Below, piece after piece: positions 9,093-16,780 of a stretch of 32,353 nt of DNA. The stretch is from NCBI GenBank assembly GCA_002774685.1, contig PEXN01000068.1, positions 1 through 32,353 on the forward strand. Reading direction: 5' to 3'. The notes beneath the pieces were generated by a model. That model had not been told where the DNA came from and searched no databases. It saw only the letters and a program-made list of their open reading frames with translations. This stretch comes from Elusimicrobia bacterium CG08_land_8_20_14_0_20_51_18. Lineage in GTDB: Bacteria > Elusimicrobiota > Elusimicrobia > Elusimicrobiales > UBA9959. Position 1 is the first letter of the stretch; each line of letters opens with the position of its first letter. Both the position numbers and the translations under genes were made by a program.

Positions 9093-9704
9093 ATGATAGA
9101 GGACATACGGAATGTTTTTAAGAAAGATCCGGCGGCAAGAAGTTTCGTCGAGGTTCTGTTCTGCTACCCCGGGCTTCACGCCCTGTGGCTGCACAGGTTC
9201 GCGCATTTCCTCTGGAGAAACGGCCTTCTTTTGCCGGCCAGGCTCCTGGCTCATGTCTCGAGGCATTTTACCGGCATAGAGATACATCCCGGCGCCAAAA
9301 TAGGGAGAAGGTTTTTCATAGATCACGGGATGGGGGTGGTCATAGGCGAAACGGCCGAAATAGGCGACGACGTCCTCATGTACCAGGGGGTGGTCCTGGG
9401 CGGTACCACGCTCGAAAAGAAAAAAAGGCATCCTACGATAGGGAACGGCGCGGTGATAGGCGCCGGCGCCATAATCCTGGGTAATATAAGGATAGGAGAC
9501 AGTGCCCGTATAGGGGCCGGCTCGGTGGTCCTCAAAAGCGTTTGTCCCGACTGCACGGTTTTCGGTGTGGAGGCGAAACCGCATAGCGGCGGCATAAAGG
9601 GCGGGGAAATACTGGACCACAATCACGTGGACAGTTATTACGAAGAGGAAATAAACAATCTCTGGAGCGAGCTCCATAAGATAAAAGAAGGGTTGAAGAA
9701 ATGA
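9093..9704 (+). CDS. cysE: Serine O-acetyltransferase
   Basis: [41 protein letters not shown] is followed by hexapeptide repeats [40 protein letters not shown]. The SD GGGAGGAG lies 7 nt before ATG 9093. Confidence 0.9.
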   Translation: MIEDIRNVFKKDPAARSFVEVLFCYPGLHALWLHRFAHFLWRNGLLLPARLLAHVSRHFTGIEIHPGAKIGRRFFIDHGMGVVIGETAEIGDDVLMYQGVVLGGTTLEKKKRHPTIGNGAVIGAGAIILGNIRIGDSARIGAGSVVLKSVCPDCTVFGVEAKPHSGGIKGGEILDHNHVDSYYEEEINNLWSELHKIKEGLKK

Positions 9705-9705
9705 T

Positions 9706-9876
9706 CCGGCCCCCCGCTTATCCGGTTCCCCGCTTAATCGCTGAAAGCGTGGATTTCGCCCGAAGCGGGGACCTGGATTGTCAGGATAAAAACATGCTTT
9801 TTTTTGTGACCCTTTCAGAGGGAGCGTTTTTTCTTATTTTAAACGGCGAATCTTTGATTCGCAAGCGGGTGGCCGG
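9706..9876 (+). promoter_or_regulatory. cysE-cysK spacer closed by a 14-bp inverted repeat (element E); the right arm contains the cysK SD-like GGGTGG and abuts the ATG
   Basis: 9706-9719 CCGGCCCCCCGCTT pairs with 9863-9876 AAGCGGGTGGCCGG at 13 of 14 positions. The left arm starts 1 nt after the cysE stop and the right arm ends 1 nt before the cysK ATG. Inner hairpins are CCCCGCTT...AAGCGGGG (9728-9770) and GCGAATC-ttt-GATTCGC (9846-9862). Confidence 0.55.
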
Positions 9877-10794
9877 ATGAAATACGCGGAGAACATGTCG
9901 GAATTGATAGGGGAAACTCCGCTGGTTAAAATAAACCGGCTTAACCCCGAACTTTCCAATAATATTTTCGCCAAGCTGGAGTTCTTTAATCCCGCTCATA
10001 GCGTAAAGGACCGGCCCGCTTTCCGGATGCTCAGGTCCGCCGAAAAAGAGGGGAAGATCGGGAAGGGCAGCCTGATAGTGGAGGCCACCAGCGGGAATAT
10101 GGGAATAGGCCTCGCCTGGCTCTGTTCGGTTTACGGCATGAGGCTTATCATAGTTATGCCGGAGAACATGAGCGCTGAGAGAAAAAAAATACTGGAATTT
10201 TTCGGCGCCGAGGTACTTCTTACACCGGCCGAGACCGGCATGGCCGGAGCCGTCTGCGAGGCCGGTAAAATATTTGCCGCAAATCCCGGGGCTTTTATGC
10301 CCTCTCAGTTCGATAATCCGGCCAATCCGGAATCCCATTATTCCGGTACCGGACCGGAGCTTTGGCGGGACCTGGAGGGGAAAATAGATTTTCTGGTCTG
10401 CGGGGTGGGTACCGGCGGGACAATAACCGGAGCGGGCAGGTATCTGAAAGAAAAAAATCCCGGCATAAAACTTGTCGCCGTGGAGCCTGCGTCTTCGGCC
10501 GTGCTTTCGGGGGATACCAAAGGCCGGCATAAGATACAGGGTATAGGGGCCGGCTTCGTTCCCGCCGTTCTGGACCTGGGATTGATAGACGAAATAATCA
10601 AAATCTCGGACGAAGAAGCCGGGGAAACCTCCCGTGCCCTGGCCATGGAAGAGGGGATATTGGCGGGGATAAGTTCCGGGGCGGCCATGAAAGCCGCGCG
10701 GGACGTTTCTTTGAGGGAGAGGGGCAAGAGTATAGTCGCGCTGTTCCCGGATACCGGGGAGAGATATATAAGCTCCTGGCTTTTTGGAGATTGA
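9877..10794 (+). CDS. cysK: Cysteine synthase A (O-acetylserine sulfhydrylase)
   Basis: LIGETPLVKINRL...NPAHSVKDR contains the PLP-lysine motif. SGNMGIGLA and the GVGTGGTITG glycine loop are also present. The length is 305 aa. Confidence 0.93.
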   Translation: MKYAENMSELIGETPLVKINRLNPELSNNIFAKLEFFNPAHSVKDRPAFRMLRSAEKEGKIGKGSLIVEATSGNMGIGLAWLCSVYGMRLIIVMPENMSAERKKILEFFGAEVLLTPAETGMAGAVCEAGKIFAANPGAFMPSQFDNPANPESHYSGTGPELWRDLEGKIDFLVCGVGTGGTITGAGRYLKEKNPGIKLVAVEPASSAVLSGDTKGRHKIQGIGAGFVPAVLDLGLIDEIIKISDEEAGETSRALAMEEGILAGISSGAAMKAARDVSLRERGKSIVALFPDTGERYISSWLFGD

Positions 10795-10799
10795 GATGA

Positions 10800-11047
10800 C
10801 CCCACCACTTTTTTAAGTGGACGCTGATTTAAAATAAAAAGGATAACTGACGTAAGATTCGAATAATTTGCGCAAGTATCGGCGGTTTTGGCAAAGAACG
10901 TAAAAATTAATCAGCGTATGGCGCAAAAAGCGCCGAAATTCGGCTGGTACAGGATGGAGAGCGTTTATGAACGACTGGAATTATAAGCGATATGCCGTAT
11001 TCGGACTTGTATTAGCGTCCGAATTTGCGCCTAAAGAGGTGGTGGGG
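10800..11047 (+). repeat. Intergenic element A: about 248 nt closed by the inverted repeat CCCCACCAC / GTGGTGGGG (extendable with G-U pairs); fills the cysK-Nudix spacer
   Basis: 10800-10808 pairs perfectly with 11039-11047. TTTTTT (10809-10814) can pair with AAAGAG (11033-11038) if G-U pairs are allowed. The right arm covers the Nudix SD (AAGAGGTG) and the G of the GTG start. The interior is rich in mutually complementary segments. Confidence 0.6.
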
Positions 11048-11526
11048 TGAAGAAAATTCTGGCCACGCTCTGCTACGTCCGCAAGAACGGGAAAACGCTC
11101 ATGCTTCACAGGGTGAAAAAAGACAGGGATATGCATAAGGGAAAGTATAACGGCCTTGGAGGAAAGTTCGAGCCGGGAGAAAGTCCCGAGGATTGCGTGA
11201 TACGCGAAGTGCGCGAAGAATCCGGGCTGGAGCTGAAGGCTCCTTCTTTAAGGGGCGTTCTGACTTTTCCCGAATTCGACGGAGAAAACGACTGGGTGGT
11301 GTTTGTCTTTACCGCGAAAAAGTTTACCGGCCGTCTGACGGAGTCCTGCGAGGGAGACCTGGAATGGGTGGCTGACCGGGACCTCACGAAGCTGAACCTT
11401 TGGGAGGGGGACCCGGTTTTTCTGGGGCATCTGGATTCCAAAAGATTTTTTTCCGGAAAATTTCATTACAAAAAGGGGAAGCTTTTGAAGTATAAATTTT
11501 TGCTTTACCCCATAAAGAGGGGCTAA
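11047..11526 (+). CDS. Nudix hydrolase (MutT/8-oxo-dGTPase-like)
   Basis: The Nudix box is GLGGKFEPGESPEDCVIREVREESGL (Gx5Ex7REUxEExGU). The GTG start is preceded by the SD AAGAGGTG. Confidence 0.85.
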   Translation: MKKILATLCYVRKNGKTLMLHRVKKDRDMHKGKYNGLGGKFEPGESPEDCVIREVREESGLELKAPSLRGVLTFPEFDGENDWVVFVFTAKKFTGRLTESCEGDLEWVADRDLTKLNLWEGDPVFLGHLDSKRFFSGKFHYKKGKLLKYKFLLYPIKRG

Positions 11527-11557
11527 TTCTTGCCCCATAAAGAGGGGCTAATTCTTG
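11508..11557 (+). repeat. Perfect 25-bp tandem duplication (CCCCATAAAGAGGGGCTAATTCTTG x2) spanning the Nudix stop codon
   Basis: 11508-11532 is identical to 11533-11557. Copy 1 encodes the last codons (PIKRG) and the TAA stop of the Nudix gene. Confidence 0.9.
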
Positions 11558-11640
11558 CCCCGTTAGAAATTACAGTCGGGCGCGGAAGTGTGCCGGGAAT
11601 TCAGGCCGAGTCTAAATATCAAGGGAGATTTCTAACGGGG
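11558..11640 (+). repeat. Intergenic element D: 83 nt closed by a perfect 13-bp inverted repeat CCCCGTTAGAAAT / ATTTCTAACGGGG
   Basis: 11558-11570 pairs perfectly with 11628-11640. The interior carries GTGCCGGGA (11590-11598), which is also present in element B (17485-17493). Confidence 0.6.
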
Positions 11641-11654
11641 TGTGCTGATCCTCC

Positions 11655-12143
11655 ATGGCCCATATCATAATAATAAAATCGGAAATAAACGGGGGAAAAA
11701 CTTCTTTCCTGAGGCGGCTCGTAAAGGTTCTCAGGGCGAGGAAGTTGCGCGTTTCCGGTTTTCTGGCGCCAAAAAAAAAGGCCGGGTCCGGAAGGACCTA
11801 TTATATAGAGCCGTTGGGAGGGGGAAGAAGGCTTAAGGCGGTGGAAACCGGTCTTTCCAGGCCGAAGGCTTTTCCCGCCGCGTTCAGGTTCGCCGAAAAA
11901 AAAGTGTTCCGGGAGGCGGGGAAAAGCGATCTTATAATGATAGACGAGGCAGGACCGCTCGAATTGAAAGGAAAAGGGCATTGCCGCCTTTTGAAAAAAC
12001 TTTTAAAGAGTTTCAGGGGAACGCTGATAGTCGCGGTAAGAAAGGAGCTGGTGAAGGCCGTGCTTCGCAAATTCGGGATAAAAAAGTCCGTGGTGGTAAA
12101 AAAGCTTTCTCCCGGGGAATTCCTTAAGAAGGCCGGATTATGA
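11655..12143 (+). CDS. Small P-loop NTPase (THEP1/DUF2478-like)
   Basis: The N-terminal IIIIKSEINGGKTSF is a Walker A-like loop, and DLIMIDEAGPLE is Walker B-like. The protein is 162 aa. Its stop overlaps the next start (ATGA at 12140-12143). Confidence 0.6.
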   Translation: MAHIIIIKSEINGGKTSFLRRLVKVLRARKLRVSGFLAPKKKAGSGRTYYIEPLGGGRRLKAVETGLSRPKAFPAAFRFAEKKVFREAGKSDLIMIDEAGPLELKGKGHCRLLKKLLKSFRGTLIVAVRKELVKAVLRKFGIKKSVVVKKLSPGEFLKKAGL

Positions 12144-13441
12144 CCGGGCTGGCCGTTAAAAACCTGTCATTTTCCTATGAAACTTCCGGTCCTGTTTTTG
12201 AAGATCTTTCGCTCGATATCCCGGGAGGTTCGATAGCGGCCGTTTCCGGTCCCAACGGGTCAGGGAAAACCACCCTTTCCAGAATAATTTCGGGCGTTTT
12301 ATCCGCCAAAGAAGGTTCCAGCGTCAGTTTCGAAGGACGGGAGGGATTTCGTCCGGCGGCGGTTTTCCAGGACCTCAACGCCCAGCTCCTTTATGAAAAC
12401 ACGAGGGAAGAACTGGAATTTTTCCTCAAATATTCGGACGGCTCCCCTTCCGGAACCCCGGAAAGCCTGGCCGAAATCTACGGTTTTACGGACCTGCTGG
12501 GGAAAAAGAGCCAGCACCTTTCCAATGGGGAAAAACAGCGTTATATAATTTCAGTTTCTTCCGCTTTTTCAGGCGACAGAATACTCGTAATGGACGAGCC
12601 TACGGCGTTTTTGGACGCCGAAGCCGTGGCGGGTCTGGAAAAACTTCTGCTCAGAATAAAAAAAGAAGGGTATTCCGTCCTGATCTTCGGACATGTTTTC
12701 AAGGGGCTTGAAAGCGCGATAGACGATTTTTACCGCATAGAAAAAGGTAAATTGCAAAAGGGTGGCGCGCCTCTCCCGCGCGCCGGGCTCAGGTTCGGGA
12801 AAAGAAAGCGCGGAGATCTGTTCCTGAAAACGGCGGATCTCGGTTTTATATCCGGGGGAACGGAGATACTGAAAGGGGTGAATCTTAACCTTTATTCCGG
12901 CCGCATAAAAGCCCTGTGCGGAGGCAACGGCTGCGGGAAAACCACTCTCGCGAAGTTCCTGGCGGGGATAAAGGAGGGGCATTCCGGCGAAATTTTTTTA
13001 AAGGATGAAAAAGCCGGTACCGGAGCGCTGCGCCGCAGCTCTTTTATAATACTGGCGAATCCCTTTAACCAGCTTTTACATCCCACGGTCCGCGACAATA
13101 TAAAGGATCTGGGAATGGAGCCGGAAATCCTTAAAAAAAGACTGGAGGAGCTTAAACTCTGGGAAAAGCTCGAAATCCCCGTCTCGCGGCTCAGTTACGG
13201 GGAAATGCAGAAACTGCTCATCCTTTGCGCCGTTTCAAAAAAAACGCCCCTGATAATAGTGGACGAACCCCTGCTCAGCCTGGACCCCGAAAGCGAAAGG
13301 AGCGTCTTTGAGATTTTGGACGCCTACGCCGCCGGCGGGGGCTCGGTGCTCCTTATTTCGCACAGGGAGGAGTTGGTTCGCGGTTTTTGCGACGAAATTT
13401 ACGATCTGGAAAATGGAAATGAAGAAGATCTCGGAAATTAA
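12140..13441 (+). CDS. ABC transporter ATP-binding protein with two fused ATPase domains (ECF/CbiO-YkoD-like)
   Basis: Domain 1 has GPNGSGKTT, LSNGEKQR and ILVMDEPTAFLD. Domain 2 has GGNGCGKTT, LSYGEMQK and LIIVDEPLLSLD. Both H-loops are present. Confidence 0.9.
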   Translation: MTGLAVKNLSFSYETSGPVFEDLSLDIPGGSIAAVSGPNGSGKTTLSRIISGVLSAKEGSSVSFEGREGFRPAAVFQDLNAQLLYENTREELEFFLKYSDGSPSGTPESLAEIYGFTDLLGKKSQHLSNGEKQRYIISVSSAFSGDRILVMDEPTAFLDAEAVAGLEKLLLRIKKEGYSVLIFGHVFKGLESAIDDFYRIEKGKLQKGGAPLPRAGLRFGKRKRGDLFLKTADLGFISGGTEILKGVNLNLYSGRIKALCGGNGCGKTTLAKFLAGIKEGHSGEIFLKDEKAGTGALRRSSFIILANPFNQLLHPTVRDNIKDLGMEPEILKKRLEELKLWEKLEIPVSRLSYGEMQKLLILCAVSKKTPLIIVDEPLLSLDPESERSVFEILDAYAAGGGSVLLISHREELVRGFCDEIYDLENGNEEDLGN

Positions 13442-14000
13442 ATTCCTTGTTTACACCACGGTTTTCGGCGTCCTTTGGGGCGTTTTTGAAATGTTCATAG
13501 GGACCTATCTCCATCTGCTTAACGTGCCCCTGAGGGGGGCTTTCATGGCCGGGGCCGGCTCGGTGATCCTCTGCGTGAGCCGTTTTTACGTCGACAAACC
13601 CGGAGCTACTCTGGCTATGGGAATGGTGGCCGCGGCGGTAAAGATGCTTTCTTTCGGCGCTTTCAAACTGGGTCCGGTAGGCGGGATAATAATAGAAAGC
13701 CTCATAGTGGAGATCGTGCTTACCGTCTTCCGGCTTAACCTTTTTTCCGTTTTCTCCGCCTGTCTCCTGGCCTGCCTGGAAGGCGTGCCGCATTTTTTCG
13801 CGACCAACTGGATAATTTACGGCGGAGACATTTTCGGCGCCTATCTGGACGTCCTGAAAAAGATCTCCGCCATTTTCGGAATTAAAACTGAGTTCTATTG
13901 GAAAATAATTTTTTTATGGGTTTCGGCCCATCTTTTGATAGGCTCTCTCGCGGGCCTGGCCGCGCTCTCCGTGATGAGGAAACTTAAAAATGAAAGATAG
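13413..14000 (+). CDS. Small polytopic membrane protein, possible ECF substrate-capture (S) component
   Basis: The protein is about 195 aa with 5-6 hydrophobic segments. The KPGATLAMGMVAAAVK segment resembles my recollection of the KPGAA segment of B. subtilis YkoE, which I have not checked. ATG 13413 overlaps the ABC gene's 3' end. The upstream track extension to 13308 is read in a different frame through the ABC gene and was rejected. Confidence 0.5.
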   Translation: MEMKKISEIKFLVYTTVFGVLWGVFEMFIGTYLHLLNVPLRGAFMAGAGSVILCVSRFYVDKPGATLAMGMVAAAVKMLSFGAFKLGPVGGIIIESLIVEIVLTVFRLNLFSVFSACLLACLEGVPHFFATNWIIYGGDIFGAYLDVLKKISAIFGIKTEFYWKIIFLWVSAHLLIGSLAGLAALSVMRKLKNER

Positions 14001-14601
14001 ACGGTTCCCGGGATCCTCTTCCGGCTGGTTCTTCGCCGGTATCCTTCTTTCCGGTTTTTTTCTGCTGACGGCTTTTTCGGGTTCGGCCGTTCTTTCCGTT
14101 TTTTTCTTCTTTTTAATCCCGGCCGCGGTTTGTTTCAGAAACCCTTCTTCCCTCAGGTTCGCCGGAGGAATAAAGTTCTGGATTTTTCCCTCGGTTTTTA
14201 TTTTTGCCCTGCCTTTTCTTGGGAGCCCGGACGCGGAATTTCTGTCGTTCCCCTATTCTTCGGTCAGGGCCTCGGCCTCCGTCCTCATGTGGGCGCATTT
14301 TTACGTCTTCAACTGTCTCGTCAATTTTTTTTCCGACAATTTCTCCATGGGGGATTTTCTTTATTTTTTCGAAAAATGGAAAATGCGTAACGCCGGGATA
14401 AGATTTTCTCTTGTTTTGTGCGCCTTTAAGAAAATAAAATATGAGGCTGAAGAGATCTTTTATTTTTACCGCAGCGCGAGACCCGGCCCCGCCGGCTTCG
14501 TGTCCGGCCTGCCGGATCTGGTCTACGTTTTCATCAGGAATTCCCTGAAAACGGCGGAACAGATAACCGAACTTTTCCTTATAAGGAACGTAAAACTATG
14601 A
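13990..14601 (+). CDS. Polytopic membrane protein, possible short ECF T (CbiQ-like) component
   Basis: The protein is 203 aa with 4-5 hydrophobic segments. It overlaps the upstream gene by 11 nt and the downstream gene by ATGA. Only weak Ala-Arg-Gly-like coupling motifs are visible (YRSARPGPAG), so the assignment rests mainly on context. Confidence 0.4.
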   Translation: MKDRRFPGSSSGWFFAGILLSGFFLLTAFSGSAVLSVFFFFLIPAAVCFRNPSSLRFAGGIKFWIFPSVFIFALPFLGSPDAEFLSFPYSSVRASASVLMWAHFYVFNCLVNFFSDNFSMGDFLYFFEKWKMRNAGIRFSLVLCAFKKIKYEAEEIFYFYRSARPGPAGFVSGLPDLVYVFIRNSLKTAEQITELFLIRNVKL

Positions 14602-15725
14602 AAAACGAAATGAACGCCATAGGCCTGATGTCCGGAACTTCGGCGGACGGGCTCGGCGCGGCTTATTGCTCCGTAAACTTCGAAAAAAGAAAGGTAAAAC
14701 AGCTGGCTTTCCGCAATTACCCCTACGGGAAGGCCCTGCGCGAAAAAATAATGAGGGCGCGCTCCCTGAGCGTCGAACGGCTTTCCCTGCTCAATTACGA
14801 ATTGGGCCGTCTATGGGCGACGCTGCTCCTGGATTTCGTAAAAAAGTCCGGGATAAAGCCGGGGGAGATAGACGTGATAGGCTCGCATGGCCAGACCGTT
14901 TATCATAATTCCCGGCTTAAAAACACTTTTCAGATAGGAGAGGCCTCGTTCCTCTCGGAAATCCTTAAAAGGCCGGTGGTTTGCGATTTCAGGCATCAGG
15001 ACCTGGCGGCCGGCGGGGAGGGGGCTCCTTTAGTGCCTTATTTCGACGAATTCATCTTCGGGGATTCCGCTCCGGCGGCTCTCCAGAACGTCGGGGGGGT
15101 CGGGAACGTTTCCATAGTGGGCGAAGGCGTGAAAACGGGAGGTTTCGACACCGGCCCGGGAAATTCGCTCATGGACTGGGCGGTCCACCTCCTGACCGGC
15201 GGGAGGGCCTCCTATGACAGGGACGGGAACTGGGCTTCCAGGGGGAAGATAGATTTTAAAAAAGCCGGGAAATTCCTGAAGGCCCCTTTTTTCTCGCGAA
15301 AACCGCCTAAGTCCCTGGACAGGGAGGAGTTCGGAGAGAGTTTTCTCCTCAAAAATTTCGATTTAAAAAAGGAAAGCCGTTTCGACGTCCTGGCCACGCT
15401 GAATTATTTTACCGCCCTTTCCATAGCCCGGTCCCTGGAAAAACACGTAAAGGAAAGGCCGGAACGGCTTATAGTGAGCGGAGGCGGGGCGTTGAATAAA
15501 ACGTTGCTTGCCAATCTGACCGCGCTTCTCCCCGGGCTCAAGGTGGAATCTATAGCGGCTTACGGTTACGACCCCCTCGCAAAAGAGGCCATGGCCTTCG
15601 CCCTGCTGGCGGCTGCGAGCCTCTCCGGGCTGCCGAATAACTGTCCGGGCGTAACGGGCGCGTCTGGCTTCAGGGTAATGGGTAAAATTATCTCCCCTTT
15701 TCCGGAAAGGACCCTGGGAGCTTAA
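14598..15725 (+). CDS. anmK: Anhydro-N-acetylmuramic acid kinase
   Basis: The N-terminal IGLMSGTSADGL is the AnmK signature. VIGSHGQT, FRHQDLAAGGEGAPLVP and the C-terminal KEAMAFALLA are also present. The length is about 375 aa. Confidence 0.88.
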   Translation: MKNEMNAIGLMSGTSADGLGAAYCSVNFEKRKVKQLAFRNYPYGKALREKIMRARSLSVERLSLLNYELGRLWATLLLDFVKKSGIKPGEIDVIGSHGQTVYHNSRLKNTFQIGEASFLSEILKRPVVCDFRHQDLAAGGEGAPLVPYFDEFIFGDSAPAALQNVGGVGNVSIVGEGVKTGGFDTGPGNSLMDWAVHLLTGGRASYDRDGNWASRGKIDFKKAGKFLKAPFFSRKPPKSLDREEFGESFLLKNFDLKKESRFDVLATLNYFTALSIARSLEKHVKERPERLIVSGGGALNKTLLANLTALLPGLKVESIAAYGYDPLAKEAMAFALLAAASLSGLPNNCPGVTGASGFRVMGKIISPFPERTLGA

Positions 15726-15757
15726 ACTTATGCCGCCATATCTGGTAAAATATTAGT

Positions 15758-16780
15758 ATGGTAAAACTGAAGCTGGGAAAAGAACTGCGTTCGCTCCTTA
15801 AAAAAGTTTCCAGGACGCTCTATCTCAGTATTTCCATTCTTCCGGAGCAGATGCAGGCCATGCTCGGTATCGGCTACCTCGTCTGCCGGGCCATGGACAC
15901 CGTGGTGGATTCTTCCGATATACCCGCCTCGAAAAAGAAGGAACTGCTGGCCCTTTTCAGGAAAATAACCGAAGTAAACAAAGAGGAATTTGAAAAAGGC
16001 CTGCGCGGGCCGGCTTCGGGACTGAAGGACAAGGGGGAGAAGGAACTTCTTGAAAAGTTCCCGGCCGTGGCCGAATTCGTCAAAAATTTTAACGGCGCCG
16101 AAAAGGCCCTCCTTTCCATCCTGGTGAAAGGGGTTTCCAGGGGGATGGAAACGGATCTAGACGTCTTTTCCGGAGGCCTCAAGGCTTTCAGGACGGAAAA
16201 AGAACTTTTGAACTACTGCCGCCTGATAGGCGGAGTCCCGGGAATTTACTGGTACGGCGTTTACAACCTTTATACGAACAATTTCATGCGCGCCGCCGGC
16301 ATGAGGCGCCTCGCCTACCATATAGGCGCCGCCCTGCAGATAACCAATGTCCTCAAAGATCTGAGCGCCGACCTTAAGAACGGGAGATGTTACCTGCCCC
16401 TGGAGGACCTGAAAGCGGCCGGGCTCTCTCCGGAACAGCTGAACGAAAAGGAGAATATCTCCAGGCTCCGGCCCGTGCTGGCGAAATGGGCCATCCTGGC
16501 CGTGGACCTCCTGGACAGCTCCGAAAAGTTCCTTTCCGAAATAAGCAAATCCCAGTTCCGGATGCGGGCCGCCGTGGTGTGGCCGGTTTACTGGGCCATG
16601 GACAGCCTTTATGAAATAACGCAGTCCAACCCTCTCGCGAAGAGGAGCAAGATAAGCAGGATGAAGATTTATTCCACTATAGCAGGAACCCCGTCGCTTC
16701 TTCTCTCGAACGGGGTATTCCAAAGGGGGTACAGGTTCAGGCGGGAAACGCTGATAGTTTCCCTGAACAACAGCCTATGA
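15758..16780 (+). CDS. Squalene/phytoene synthase family protein (head-to-head prenyl synthase-like)
   Basis: The first Asp-rich motif is YLVCRAMDTVVDS (DxxxD). The second region, ITNVLKDLSADLKNGRCYLP, matches the (I/V)LRDxxEDxxxGRxYLP pattern. Confidence 0.75.
   Translation: MVKLKLGKELRSLLKKVSRTLYLSISILPEQMQAMLGIGYLVCRAMDTVVDSSDIPASKKKELLALFRKITEVNKEEFEKGLRGPASGLKDKGEKELLEKFPAVAEFVKNFNGAEKALLSILVKGVSRGMETDLDVFSGGLKAFRTEKELLNYCRLIGGVPGIYWYGVYNLYTNNFMRAAGMRRLAYHIGAALQITNVLKDLSADLKNGRCYLPLEDLKAAGLSPEQLNEKENISRLRPVLAKWAILAVDLLDSSEKFLSEISKSQFRMRAAVVWPVYWAMDSLYEITQSNPLAKRSKISRMKIYSTIAGTPSLLLSNGVFQRGYRFRRETLIVSLNNSL

Noticed and set aside
10816-11031. tmRNA- or tRNA-like fragments in element A (GCTGATT, GATTCGAA, TTTGCG)
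   Set aside because: There is no acceptor/T-arm with GGTTCGAATCC...CCA, no tag-peptide ORF ending in ...LAA-stop, and the element is too short for a tmRNA.
10800-11047. The elements flanked by inverted repeats as invertible promoter switches (invertons) or MITEs
   Set aside because: The inverted repeats differ completely between loci, whereas a shared recombinase or transposase would need conserved ends. No direct target-site duplications flank them, and no recombinase or transposase gene is in the window. This cannot be fully excluded without read-level evidence for inversion.
10904-11050. Small open frames running through the right halves of elements A (10904-11050), B (17355-17585) and C (19040-19228), with superficially similar peptides (RRN..AG, SL.LAS). 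The A frame ends in a GTGA overlap with the Nudix start.
   Set aside because: When the nucleotide blocks shared by A and C are aligned, the reading frame shifts between blocks. AGCGAT is read as aAG-CGA-T in A but AGC-GAT in C, so there is no protein-level conservation. No SD is visible and the peptides are Arg-rich. Non-coding is more likely. A ribosome-profiling or proteomics signal would reopen the question.
11508-11557. Possible CRISPR-like or minisatellite array
   Set aside because: There are only two directly abutting copies with no spacers, and no cas genes are in the window. It is a simple tandem duplication.
11558-11640. Integron attC-like site (GTTAGAA ... TTCTAAC)
   Set aside because: The core sites are in the wrong order and do not fit RYYYAAC / GTTRRRY. 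No intI integrase or cassette-like gene organisation is nearby.
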